Assembly (NCBI GenBank): GCA_963813815.1
Contig: CAWFAD010000011.1
Span: 194,285 to 258,284 of the forward strand
Reading direction: 5' to 3'
Length of the DNA: 64,000 nucleotides
From: an uncultured bacterium
Lineage (GTDB): Bacteria > Krumholzibacteriota > Krumholzibacteriia > Krumholzibacteriales > Krumholzibacteriaceae
The notes under the pieces are model-generated. The model made no database searches. It was given only the letters and a program-made list of their open reading frames with translations, and was not told the DNA's origin. Every line of letters begins with the position of its first letter. The first letter of the stretch is position 1. Both the position numbers and the translations under genes were made by a program. Positions 1 to 8,841 of this stretch are shown here, one piece after another.

Positions 1-9
1 GCCTGACAC
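1..9 (-). CDS. 5' end of a gene running off the window (GTG-TCA-GGC, M-S-G...)
   Basis: Strong Shine-Dalgarno AAGGAGGT (minus strand, 24-17) lies 7 nt before GTG at 9. Only 3 codons are visible, so no product can be assigned. Confidence 0.35.
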
Positions 10-164
10 GTGGGCAACCTCCTTGCTCCACCTGTAATTAACATGGCTGCAAACGGATAATCAAGCAAAAACGGGACCGGAGCCATCCACAAAGAGTTTG
101 ACACCCCTTCTCTATTTCTGCCAAGCTCCGTGCGTAGCCGCTCCTGGCACACGGGGAGGCATCC

Positions 165-2642
165 TTGATCCGAACGCTGCGCACAGCCGCCCTGGCATCG
201 GCGCTTCTGCTCATCGTGCTCGAGTTCCTCGGCATGAGGGATTTCGCCCGTTCCCCGTATACCGGCATCCAGCACAACAACCTCATCGTTCGAGCGATCG
301 ATCTCGACGGTCCCAACCGCGATCTCGGGCTGCGGCTCGGCGACAGGATCGTTCGCGTGAACGGGACGGCGGTCCGGAACGTCAATCACTACGCCTACCT
401 CCTCGCATCGGCCCCTCCCCCCTCGTTTCTCGATCTGACGGTCGCCCGCGGGGATTCCCTATTCGACGTATCCGTTCGGAGCATGGCTCAACCTTCAGTG
501 CGCGTCATGGGCAAGCTCTCGATCGTAATCGTCGCCTTCACGTTCGTTCTCATCGGTTTCGTGGTGCTCTTGAAGCGGCCCGACATCCTGGGCCTGCTCT
601 TCACGGCGAACTGCTACATACTCTCCTTCCTCGTCTCCGAGCGCCCCGTGACTGGTTCGCCGCTCCTGCAGATCATCGGCGAGCTCGGGTACGACTTTCT
701 CTTCATATCCCTGCCCGCCTTCTTCCTCCACTTCTTCCTCCTCTTTCCGGGGCGCGAGATCGAGCGGGGAACGCGCCGCGCGCTGCTCGCGAGGTTTCTC
801 TACGCACCGGTCGCGATCCTCTCCCTTCTCACCCTCGTCGCGGCGCTGAGACAATACGACGCGCCGGGGGATGCCTCGCTCGGGGGGTTCATCAACGCGA
901 TCAACGCGCTCGCCGTGTGCGTCTGGCTCGGTTACATCACGGCGAGCCTCGCCCTTTTCGTCCGGACCTATTTTCTATCGGAGAGGGTGCAGCGGATCAA
1001 GTTCCGCGTCGTCCTGCTCGGGGTGGCGGCGGGAATCGTCCCCCTCACCGTGCTCATGCTCCTCAAGCAGTTTCAGCCGTCGATGGCCGTTCCCGCGCCT
1101 TATCTCTGGCCCCTCTTTCTCTCCTTCATGCCGATCTCCTTCGCCTACGCCATTCTCAAGCACCGGGCCTACGATCTCGGACTGCTGTACCGCACGATCT
1201 TCGTCTACGCGCTCCTTCTCGCGTTCGTCCTCGGGGTGTATTTCGTCTCGGTGAACGTGCTCGGCGAAGAAATGGACCGCAGGTTCGGCGTGCCGCGCTC
1301 CGCGGTCACGGTGTTCGTCATCGTGCTGCTCGCCGTCGCCGTCATGCCGGCGCGCGCCGTATTCCAGCGGCTCGCGGACCGTCTCACGGCGGGCCGGCGC
1401 GCCGCGGCCACGAACGAGATCGTCGCCTTTTCGCGGCGGATCCAGTTCCTCCTCTCTCTCGAGGAGGTATCGTCCTTCGTCGCCGAACGGATGGCCGATA
1501 TCGCGCAAGCGGAGCATGCGTACCTATTTCTCAGGGGAGAAACGGGGGACTACGCCCTTCGGGCGAGCGCTCCAGCCGGAATGCGCACACCCCTCACGTC
1601 CTTCCCGCCCGGCACCGCCCTCATCAAGCTCATGCAGCAGGAGCGGGTTCCCGTCATGCTCGAGTACTTCGACAGGCTCTGGCTCAAGAGCAATCTCGAC
1701 CGGATATCGCGCGAGCTCGTTTCGCTCTCGCAGGCCTACGCGGCCGTGCCCCTTATCGAGCAGGATGAGCTTCTGGGATTCGTGCTCATGGGCCGAAAAA
1801 GCTCGGGAAGGCCCTATACGGGAGCCGACGCGGAGCTTCTCGAGCTTCTGGCCGAACGGAGCGCCGTCTCCATTATGAACATCAGGCTCTGCGGCGACTC
1901 GATCATCAAGGATCGTCTCGAGAAGGAGCTCCGTCTCGCGAGCGAGATACAGACCCGCCTGCTGCCCTCGCGGTTCCCGTCGCTTCGCGGAGCCGAAATC
2001 GCGGCAAAGCTCGTGACGAGCCACGAGGTCGGCGGCGATTTCTACGATTTCGTCGAGCCGGAGCCGGGGGTCGTGGGCATCGCCGTGGCGGACGTCTCGG
2101 GAAAGGGCATCCCGGCCGCGCTCCTTATGACGACGCTCCAGGCCTCATTCCGCGCCGAGGCCGTGAAGAATCCGGCCCCCGCGGTGATCGTTTCCGCCCT
2201 CAACGCCTCCCTCTACGAGCGGAGCGACGACGAGAAGTTCGCCACCTTCTTCTACGCCCTCTACGATGACGCGACCGGCATCGTGCGCTTCTCCAACGCG
2301 GGCTCATCCCCCCCGTTCATCATATCGGGCGAGGGACGCATCTCGCGCCTGCACCGGGGAGGCGTCCTCATCGGCGTCGAGGCGCGGAGCGATTACAGCG
2401 AGGGCGTCGTAAAGCTCCGGCAGAACGATCTCATGCTGATCTTCACCGACGGCTGCACGGATCAGGAAAGCGCGGATGGGGAGCCGTTCGAGGAGAAGAG
2501 ACTGGTTGATTTTATCAGAAATAACTTAACGCTCTCAGTCGATGCGATGATTGAGAAGTTATTTGCCACGCTCATTGCATTTGGGGAAAGGAATTTGAAA
2601 GATGATATGACTGTCGTTCTTCTTCGCAGAATCCTTCCTTGA
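165..2642 (+). CDS. Membrane sensor PP2C/SpoIIE (RsbU-like) phosphatase: PDZ + multi-TM + GAF + SpoIIE
   Basis: PDZ-like GLRLGDRIVRVNG, many hydrophobic helices, GAF motif AVPLIEQDELLGFVLMG, and SpoIIE motifs VGGDFYD, ADVSGKG, FTDG, DDMT. Confidence 0.9.
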   Translation: MIRTLRTAALASALLLIVLEFLGMRDFARSPYTGIQHNNLIVRAIDLDGPNRDLGLRLGDRIVRVNGTAVRNVNHYAYLLASAPPPSFLDLTVARGDSLFDVSVRSMAQPSVRVMGKLSIVIVAFTFVLIGFVVLLKRPDILGLLFTANCYILSFLVSERPVTGSPLLQIIGELGYDFLFISLPAFFLHFFLLFPGREIERGTRRALLARFLYAPVAILSLLTLVAALRQYDAPGDASLGGFINAINALAVCVWLGYITASLALFVRTYFLSERVQRIKFRVVLLGVAAGIVPLTVLMLLKQFQPSMAVPAPYLWPLFLSFMPISFAYAILKHRAYDLGLLYRTIFVYALLLAFVLGVYFVSVNVLGEEMDRRFGVPRSAVTVFVIVLLAVAVMPARAVFQRLADRLTAGRRAAATNEIVAFSRRIQFLLSLEEVSSFVAERMADIAQAEHAYLFLRGETGDYALRASAPAGMRTPLTSFPPGTALIKLMQQERVPVMLEYFDRLWLKSNLDRISRELVSLSQAYAAVPLIEQDELLGFVLMGRKSSGRPYTGADAELLELLAERSAVSIMNIRLCGDSIIKDRLEKELRLASEIQTRLLPSRFPSLRGAEIAAKLVTSHEVGGDFYDFVEPEPGVVGIAVADVSGKGIPAALLMTTLQASFRAEAVKNPAPAVIVSALNASLYERSDDEKFATFFYALYDDATGIVRFSNAGSSPPFIISGEGRISRLHRGGVLIGVEARSDYSEGVVKLRQNDLMLIFTDGCTDQESADGEPFEEKRLVDFIRNNLTLSVDAMIEKLFATLIAFGERNLKDDMTVVLLRRILP

Positions 2643-2720
2643 TTCATAGGCCCTCCGGCAAAGTATATTTCCTTATTATGGCGTAAGATACCCAATCGTG
2701 CCCCGCTCGGGCCAAACTGA

Positions 2721-2735
2721 GGCATGGCGTATGCT
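2721..2735 (+). promoter_or_regulatory. Candidate sigma54 (-24/-12) promoter
   Basis: GGCATG-GCGT-ATGCT has exact GG-N10-GC spacing and is close to consensus TGGCAYG-N4-TTGCW. Confidence 0.4.
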
Positions 2736-2816
2736 ATTTCAAGTGTTGCGAGACCCGCGATGCAGTTTCTCGCGGTTCTCGAGGGCAGTATGAGACCCGT
2801 TCAGGGGGTGGTTGTC

Positions 2817-2867
2817 ATGATGATTTCCTGGCTTTGGATCATTGACCTCCTGTGGTGGTTGCGCTGA
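2817..2867 (+). CDS. Candidate 16-aa Trp-rich hydrophobic micropeptide MMISWLWIIDLLWWLR (25 aa if started at in-frame ATG 2790)
   Basis: SD-like AGGGGGTG (2803-2810) lies 6 nt before the ATG; flanked by a hairpin at 2749-2781 and a terminator-like hairpin at 2897-2947. Confidence 0.4.
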   Translation: MMISWLWIIDLLWWLR

Positions 2868-2896
2868 CCCGGATAAACAGCGCTCTGTCCGCTCTA

Positions 2897-2955
2897 AAAT
2901 AAATGTTCCCGTTGATACCAGTAATGCATCGGCGGGAACATTTATTTCCCCTTTT
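2897..2955 (+). terminator. Intrinsic terminator-like hairpin
   Basis: AAATAAATGTTCCCGTTGAT pairs with ATCGGCGGGAACATTTATTT (20 bp, two G-U pairs on the + strand), followed by CCCCTTTT. Confidence 0.65.
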
Positions 2956-3063
2956 GTCACGCTATTCCAATTCTTTAATGTTGTTTGTCACCATAGTTCT
3001 CTTAGCTCTTGCTAGGTAATAGCTTACGAATTGATAATATTTTAGTAATATTGCATTTTCCCC

Positions 3064-3091
3064 TTGACACTCCGCGGCGGTTCTCTATAAT
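3064..3091 (+). promoter_or_regulatory. Consensus sigma70 promoter
   Basis: TTGACA (3064-3069), 16-nt spacer, TATAAT (3086-3091), with an AT-rich upstream region. Confidence 0.8.
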
Positions 3092-3096
3092 TGGCG

Positions 3097-3240
3097 CAAC
3101 GAGACAAAGAGCGTCTGACTATGCGGTCGTGATCCGTCTGCTCTCAAGCCTATCTTTGAAGCGAAGCGATCTTGCTGCTCAGGCCTCTGAAGGGTGCGAA
3201 GGACACGTCAGGCAAGGTAGTTGACTTCTCTGTCTCGTTG
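3097..3240 (+). ncRNA. Candidate rod-shaped structured ncRNA (family unassigned; 6S/SsrS possible)
   Basis: 5' CAACGAGACA pairs perfectly with 3' TGTCTCGTTG, and nested imperfect helices continue inward. It starts at the expected +1 of the promoter, is followed by a terminator and has no credible ORF. Confidence 0.65.
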
Positions 3241-3295
3241 AAAAAAAAGGGAATTGTTCGGCGTTAGTCGTCGAGCAATTCCCTTCGTTATTTTT
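3241..3295. terminator. Probably bidirectional intrinsic terminator
   Basis: 17-bp stem 3247-3263/3269-3285 with A8 before it (the U-tract for the convergent receptor gene) and TTATTTTT after it. Confidence 0.75.
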
Positions 3296-3328
3296 GAGCC
3301 ACCGAGACGAGCTGCGCTGGATCTCTCT

Positions 3329-5401
3329 CTAGTATCTGTAAGAAACCCCCAACCAAAAGATTCTGCCCTGTGCCGGATATCCGCTCTCCGGTTCGTAGTT
3401 TTCATCGAGCAGGTTGCTCACGGTTAGATACGTCTCCCATTTTGACAGGAAGGGCTGCGAGAACTTGGCGCCGAAAACGACGTACCCCTCGTTCTTGACA
3501 ACCTCCGTCTCCGGATCGACCGCGGTCGGCAGCTGGCTGTAGGAGTCCCCGTATTTCGCCATGGTCAGCGCTATGCGCGAGCCGAGCGTCGGCGCCGTAT
3601 ATTCGAGCTTCGCATCAAGCTTGTATTCCGGCACATCGGTGACATTTTCCGTCGCCCGGCCGGGGCTGACGTCCTCGGCGTCGATGTACGTGAAACCGAC
3701 GTTCATGGACAGGCACTTCACGGGATCGATACCCGCGTTCACTTCAAGCCCCAGCATCTCGATCTCGGCGACGTTATAGTAGAGCTCGTCGGGTGAGGGG
3801 AAATCGCGGCTGATGCGATCCGATATGTCATGATAGAAAGGCGACACCTCGAAGCGCAGCATTCTGCTCACGACCATCGAAATGCCGGCCGTATAGTTTA
3901 TGCTTCTCTCCGACTCGAGATCTATATTGCCTGATGATCCGAATAATTCGCTGAGCGTGGGGAAACGGTTCTTTTTGGCGACGGACGCGAAGAGCCTCGT
4001 CCTGTCGTTCAAGAGAAAGCTCGCCCCTATCATCGGATTGATCTCGGTCATTGTTTCAGGTGTCTCCGCGGCGACCTGTTGCACGAGATTTCCGTCATCG
4101 TCGGTTTCGTTCGTTTCCGCTTCCTTGACGTCGAACCAGTCGTAACCGACGCCCGCCACAACGGAGAGTTTCGAATCGAGAAGTATCAGCTCATCCTCGA
4201 GGCCCAGCGAACCCGTATAGGACGCGCTCTTTTCAAAGGGCAGGTATGCGTCGTCGCGCTGCTCATGACTATCGAGCCTGAAGTTGACGGCGCCCCTGAG
4301 GACGTTCCAGCCGGAAAGGGTGTAATCACCGATCGCCATTCCGCCCGCGATGTAGTCCTGATACCGGCTCGTGGCCATCGCGGTATCGAAGCTCGCATCG
4401 GAGTAGGAAACATAGTCGTCAACGTGGTTATGATAAAAGAGCTTGCCCATCAGGCCGAATGCGCGGGCCAGCTTTTTCCTTCCGCTGAGGTCGGCGCCCC
4501 AGTTGTCGTATCTCTCTATTCTGTCGAACGAAGAAAAGGCGGGCCGGTCGGGAAATATCTTCACCAAATCGATGTTCGGCGGGTCGCCCTTTTCCGAGGC
4601 GGAATAGTGCAGGTTCAAGAAATACTCGGCGTCCTCCGAGGGCTCGAGACCGAGCTTCACATAGATATTATCGGCCCTGAAATCGGAATTGTTGCGCAGG
4701 CCGCCGTCTTCAATGACGGTATCGACCCTCTCCGCCAATCTCCCCGCGCCCGTTTGCACCACGCCGATTCGGGGCGTGAAATCATCAGAGAGCCTCCATC
4801 CATCCCATTCCCGGTGCATGTAGGAAATCCAGTAGCTCAGACTCCCCTGCTTCATCCCATGCGACAGATAAGCCGATGCGGCGCCGTCCCGTCCGCCCTC
4901 GAGCTTTCCCGAAAAGGTCGCCCTATCGGCGGCCTTCTTCGTAATGATGTTTATGACCCCCGCTTCGGCGTTTGCGCCATAGAGCACCGATGCCGCTCCT
5001 TTGATCACGTCTATCCGCGCCACATTCTCTATCGAGAGCTGATTCATATCGAACTTGCCGTATTTCGTCTCGTAGTAGGGCACGCCGTCGATGAGAATGA
5101 GCGCCTTATCCTGAGAAAAGCCGTGTATCGAAATGCTGGCTTCCATCTTTCTTCCCATCGTCACCTGGACGCCGGGAATATATTGCAGGGCCTCCGCCAC
5201 GGTGCGGCTGTTCGTCGCGGAAATATCCTCGGCCGTTATCTCAGTATTGATCGCGATGTTTTTGACGCCCGCCCTCTCGGCTAGAACCAATATCTCGCCG
5301 AGTGTGTATGTCTTATAGTCTTCCTCGGCCCGCAGGGCGCCCGGAACAATGGACGATCCGAGGATCATCATCATGAATAGAGCTCGTGCCGGTTTCCTCA
5401 C
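3329..5401 (-). CDS. TonB-dependent outer-membrane receptor (BtuB/CirA-like)
   Basis: Signal peptide, plug motifs (LILIDGVP, IDVIKGAASVLYG..AGVINIITKK) and C-terminal NLLDENY...GRIFWLGVSYRY. Confidence 0.92.
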   Translation of the reverse strand: MRKPARALFMMMILGSSIVPGALRAEEDYKTYTLGEILVLAERAGVKNIAINTEITAEDISATNSRTVAEALQYIPGVQVTMGRKMEASISIHGFSQDKALILIDGVPYYETKYGKFDMNQLSIENVARIDVIKGAASVLYGANAEAGVINIITKKAADRATFSGKLEGGRDGAASAYLSHGMKQGSLSYWISYMHREWDGWRLSDDFTPRIGVVQTGAGRLAERVDTVIEDGGLRNNSDFRADNIYVKLGLEPSEDAEYFLNLHYSASEKGDPPNIDLVKIFPDRPAFSSFDRIERYDNWGADLSGRKKLARAFGLMGKLFYHNHVDDYVSYSDASFDTAMATSRYQDYIAGGMAIGDYTLSGWNVLRGAVNFRLDSHEQRDDAYLPFEKSASYTGSLGLEDELILLDSKLSVVAGVGYDWFDVKEAETNETDDDGNLVQQVAAETPETMTEINPMIGASFLLNDRTRLFASVAKKNRFPTLSELFGSSGNIDLESERSINYTAGISMVVSRMLRFEVSPFYHDISDRISRDFPSPDELYYNVAEIEMLGLEVNAGIDPVKCLSMNVGFTYIDAEDVSPGRATENVTDVPEYKLDAKLEYTAPTLGSRIALTMAKYGDSYSQLPTAVDPETEVVKNEGYVVFGAKFSQPFLSKWETYLTVSNLLDENYEPESGYPAQGRIFWLGVSYRY

Positions 5402-5423
5402 AGCTTGCGTACTCCTTTGCTCC

Positions 5424-6174
5424 TCAGCGCCCTGGACCCGAGGGCGCGGCGCCCCCGCACACGCCGCACCCCCGCCTTTTCTCGAACGTCACCGTCTCGA
5501 ACGCCATCGTATCGGCGCGGAAGATCAGGAGAGCGTTCGCGTCGGGAATCTCGCCGGTCATCAGGTACCGCAGCGCCAGCGTCGTCTGAAGAGATCCGAC
5601 CGCGGCCGCCAGCGCGCCGAACGCCGGCGTGGGCTCGGGGTTTCTCAGCTCCCCGGGCATGAGACAGGCGAGACAGGCGGTTTTCGGCGGATTGAAGAAG
5701 CTCAGCTGCCCCATCCATTCTCGTATCGCCCCGTATACATAAGGGATATTGAGATCGAATGACGCCTTGTTCAGCTTCAAACGGTCGGCGTGATTGTCGA
5801 GGCCGTCGACTATCAGGTCGCATCCCGAGGCCAGCTCGCCGGCGTTGGTCTCGGTCAGCGCGTCCGAGTACGGCCTCAATTTCTATTTCTGGATTCTGCG
5901 CCGAGAGTCTCTTCGCCGCCAGAATCGCCTTGGGCTTGCCGATATCCGCATCCGTGTACAGGATCTGGCGATTCAGGTTGGACAGCTCGACCTTGTCGCC
6001 GTCGCAGATGCGCAGATACCCGACTCCGGCCTCGGCGAGATAGGTCGCACTGACCCCGCCCAATCCTCCGACTCCGACCACCAGAACCCGCGCGCGCTTG
6101 AGCCTCTCCTGATCCCAGCCTTCGACCATGAGTTGACGTTGGTACCTCTCGATTTCGAGTTTCGATAGCGGCAT
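5424..6174 (-). CDS. HesA/MoeB/ThiF-family adenylyltransferase (one frameshift near 5875)
   Basis: RYQRQ, GVGGLG and DKVELSNLNRQ in one frame; DGLDN, CLAC and the C-terminal CGVC in the next frame. Confidence 0.88.
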
Positions 6175-6187
6175 GGGAGAAATATCC

Positions 6188-6427
6188 TCAGCCGCCGGAA
6201 ACGGGCGGCTGGAGGGTAATGGTCTGGCCGTCGGACGGCTTGTACGACAGGTCCTTCATCTTGCCGTCGACATGAATGAGCGCGACGAAGGCGGGATTGA
6301 GCGAAATGTGCTCGAGGATTTCACCGATCGTCTTCTCGCCCTCGATCTCGACCTTGCGGGTGTAGTGGTCGACGTCGGGTTTAATCATCGCGCGAAGCTG
6401 GCCGCCGGCTCTCAGGAAGATCGTCAT
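6188..6427 (-). CDS. MoaD/ThiS-family sulfur carrier protein
   Basis: 79 aa, ends in PPVSGG, lies between the AOR and MoeB-like genes. Confidence 0.88.
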   Translation of the reverse strand: MTIFLRAGGQLRAMIKPDVDHYTRKVEIEGEKTIGEILEHISLNPAFVALIHVDGKMKDLSYKPSDGQTITLQPPVSGG

Positions 6428-6445
6428 AGCTCATTCCATCCTCTG

Positions 6446-8385
6446 CTAGAACGCCTTCGGTTTGTACCGTTCGCCGCGGACCGCCGGAATGCCGTTCGGA
6501 AGCGGCTTTCCCAGGAGCCCGATCTTTTCGATATTATCCGCCGCGAAATCGAGCTTCAAATCGTGCAGCACCTCGCGGCTGGGATTGCCGTCGTTGTCCC
6601 ATCCACGGCAGGCGTAGTATTCATCGAGCATCGTCTCGATCTGCTCCTTGGACAGCCCCTTGCCGGCGTTCGGGCCGGTCGGAATCTTGTCTTCCCAGGA
6701 TCGCGCCGGCGGGTAATCGAACGTGCGGCCGTTCGCCCGGTTGCGTTCGAGGTAATGGCATCGCACCAGATTCCAGATCTTCTCCGAGGTCTTGAACGCC
6801 TCGGCGGAATCGATATTCCACCCGGTAATGTGGTTGAGCGACTCGACGATCTCCTCCGGCTCAATATCGAGCTCGCCCCAGAAGAGGCGGCAGATGCACC
6901 AGCAGTCGAAGAGCGGCCGGATATGCTGCAGGTAGACCACCACCTTGGCGCGTCCCTCGATCTTTTCGCGCCCCTCGGCCATGTCGACCGTGATGGTCCA
7001 CGCGCGGTTGTGATGAGCGCCGATGTCGCAGGTCATGTACGAAAGCATCATCCCCGGAGCGTAGCGACCGTCGTACCCCGACATCTCCTGACCCTTGACC
7101 TGCATGGCGAATTTCTCGCTGCCCCGTCCGATTTTCTCCGCGGCCCGCTTGGTGCCGCCCGCGAAATACTCGCCGATCCCGCGGCGATGCACGATCATGT
7201 CGACGAAGTGTTCGGCGTCCTCCACCGAACCCCAGTTGAGCGTATGCCCTTCGAGATCGTCGGTGGTTATCAGCCCGCGCTGAAAGCACTCCATGCCGAA
7301 CGCCACCACGCCGCCGCCCGACATGGTGTCCATGCCGACATTGTCCATCAGCCAGTTCAGATAGGCGACCTGGTTGATGTCGGTCATGCCGAGGTTCGAG
7401 CCGCACAGCGCGCCGGTCTCGTATTCGGGGCCCTCGAGATAGACCGTTTCTTTGCCCGGCAGGACCGCCTTGGTGTACTTGCCGCAGTTCATCCAGCATC
7501 CGAAACAGGCCTTGTGCGTGATGAGGCACTTCTCCACCAGCGCGTCGCCGTCGATGCCCTTGACATCCTCGAAATACGTGGTCTGGAAATTCCGCGTCGG
7601 AAGGACTGCATTTTTGTTGGACCAGTCGATGAAGAAGGCGGTGCCGTACTTCTGCCACGGAGCCATGTTGGGATGAGTCTGCGTCCGTTTGATGATGGCC
7701 GACACATGTTCGGTCAGCTTGTCGAGATCGTGCACCTTGATTCCCCTGGTGCCCCTGACGGCGATCGCCTTGAGCTTCTTCGAGCCCATGACCGCGCCCT
7801 GCCCGGTCCGTCCCGCCTGGCGGCCGTAATCGTGCGTGATACACGAGAAGCGAATGCCGTTCTCGCCGGCCGGTCCGATGGTGGCGATCTCGAAATCCTC
7901 GCCCAGGTCCTTTTTCATCGCCGGTTCGCATTCGAGCGATCCCATGCCCCAGTATTTCGAGGCGTCGCGAAGCTCGACCTTGTCGTCGTCGATGAAGAGA
8001 TAGATCGGCTTTGGGGAGATGCCGGACATAGATCACCATATCGTAGCCGGCGAACTTGAGGGTCGGGCCCAGATGGCCGCCCATATTGGAATCGCCGTGG
8101 CCGTTGGTCAGGGGGGAAATCGAGCCGAAGCCGACTTTGGCGCCCGCCGGGATAAAGCAGCCGCTCATGACTCCCGGCGCTCATGATGAAGAGATTCTCC
8201 GGCCCCAGCGGATCGGCGTCGCGGGGAACCTCGTCGTAGAGAATTTTGGCGACGACGCCTCGTCCTCCGAACCATTCGCGCATCAGCTTCTCATCGGTGG
8301 GATGTCTCTTGATCTCGCCGGTGGTGAGATTGATGCGCAGCGTCGTGCCGGCCAGTCCGTTGGAGCTCGCGGATCGTCTTGCCAT
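6446..8385 (-). CDS. Aldehyde:ferredoxin oxidoreductase family (W/Mo-pterin) catalytic subunit; frameshifts near 8170 and 8030
   Basis: LRINLT, GGRG, SPLT..DSNMGG, IGPAGEN, GAVMGSKKLKAI, GPEYET and YY..RGWD..GNP motifs spread over three ORF pieces. Confidence 0.92.
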
Positions 8386-8807
8386 TACTTGCTCTCCTTT
8401 GCCGGTCTGGTATGAACATGGTGATCGCGCCGGTGTTGCACAGATCGGTGCATTTGAAGCAGTTGTCGCAGATGATGACGTGATCGAGGTCGCGATGCTG
8501 AAATATCACGCCCGGCTTGCAGGCCGGAATACAGTCGCCGCAATTGGTGCATTTCTCGAAGTCCACGATATAGGCGCCGTCGTCGCGACGGTAGATCGCA
8601 CCCTCCGGGCAGACCTCCATGCACTTGCCGCACTGCGTGCAGACCTTCGGCTTGTATACCCCCGGCTGCGGGAAAAGTGCCTCGATTCTCAAGGCGGCCT
8701 TTTTGGGATTGATTTCGTCGTAATGGGCTGATTGCGCAGATTTGCAGGCACAGGCGGCACCCGCTGCACTTGCCCGACGTTACTTTGATTCTCTTTCGTT
8801 CCATCAT
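8385..8807 (-). CDS. 4Fe-4S dicluster ferredoxin subunit (AorA-like); frameshifted
   Basis: CSGCRLC...C, CTQCGKC...CP, CTNCGDC...C and CDNC..C...C cysteine motifs. Confidence 0.88.
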   Translation of the reverse strand: MMERKRIKVTSGKCSGCRLCLQICAISPLRRNQSQKGRLENRGTFPAAGGIQAEGLHAVRQVHGGLPGGCDLPSRRRRLYRGLREMHQLRRLYSGLQAGRDISASRPRSRHHLRQLLQMHRSVQHRRDHHVHTRPAKESK

Positions 8808-8841
8808 GCTCTCGAATGCGCGCGAGCCCGGAGTCCGCGGC

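Noticed and set aside
2643..3060. AT-rich gap as a replication origin
   Set aside because: No TTATCCACA-type DnaA box cluster and no dnaA/parAB neighbours.
3009..3224. 71-aa ORF over the promoter/ncRNA, plus ORFs 2739-2960 and 3208-3405
   Set aside because: No SD, no motifs, and they overlap clear promoter and terminator elements.
3094..3244. Integron attC reading of the rod hairpin (GCGCAAC...GTTGAAA)
   Set aside because: Both cores deviate from RYYYAAC/GTTRRRY, there is no unpaired central spacer after the R box, and there is no cassette array or IntI. The promoter and terminator fit an RNA gene better.
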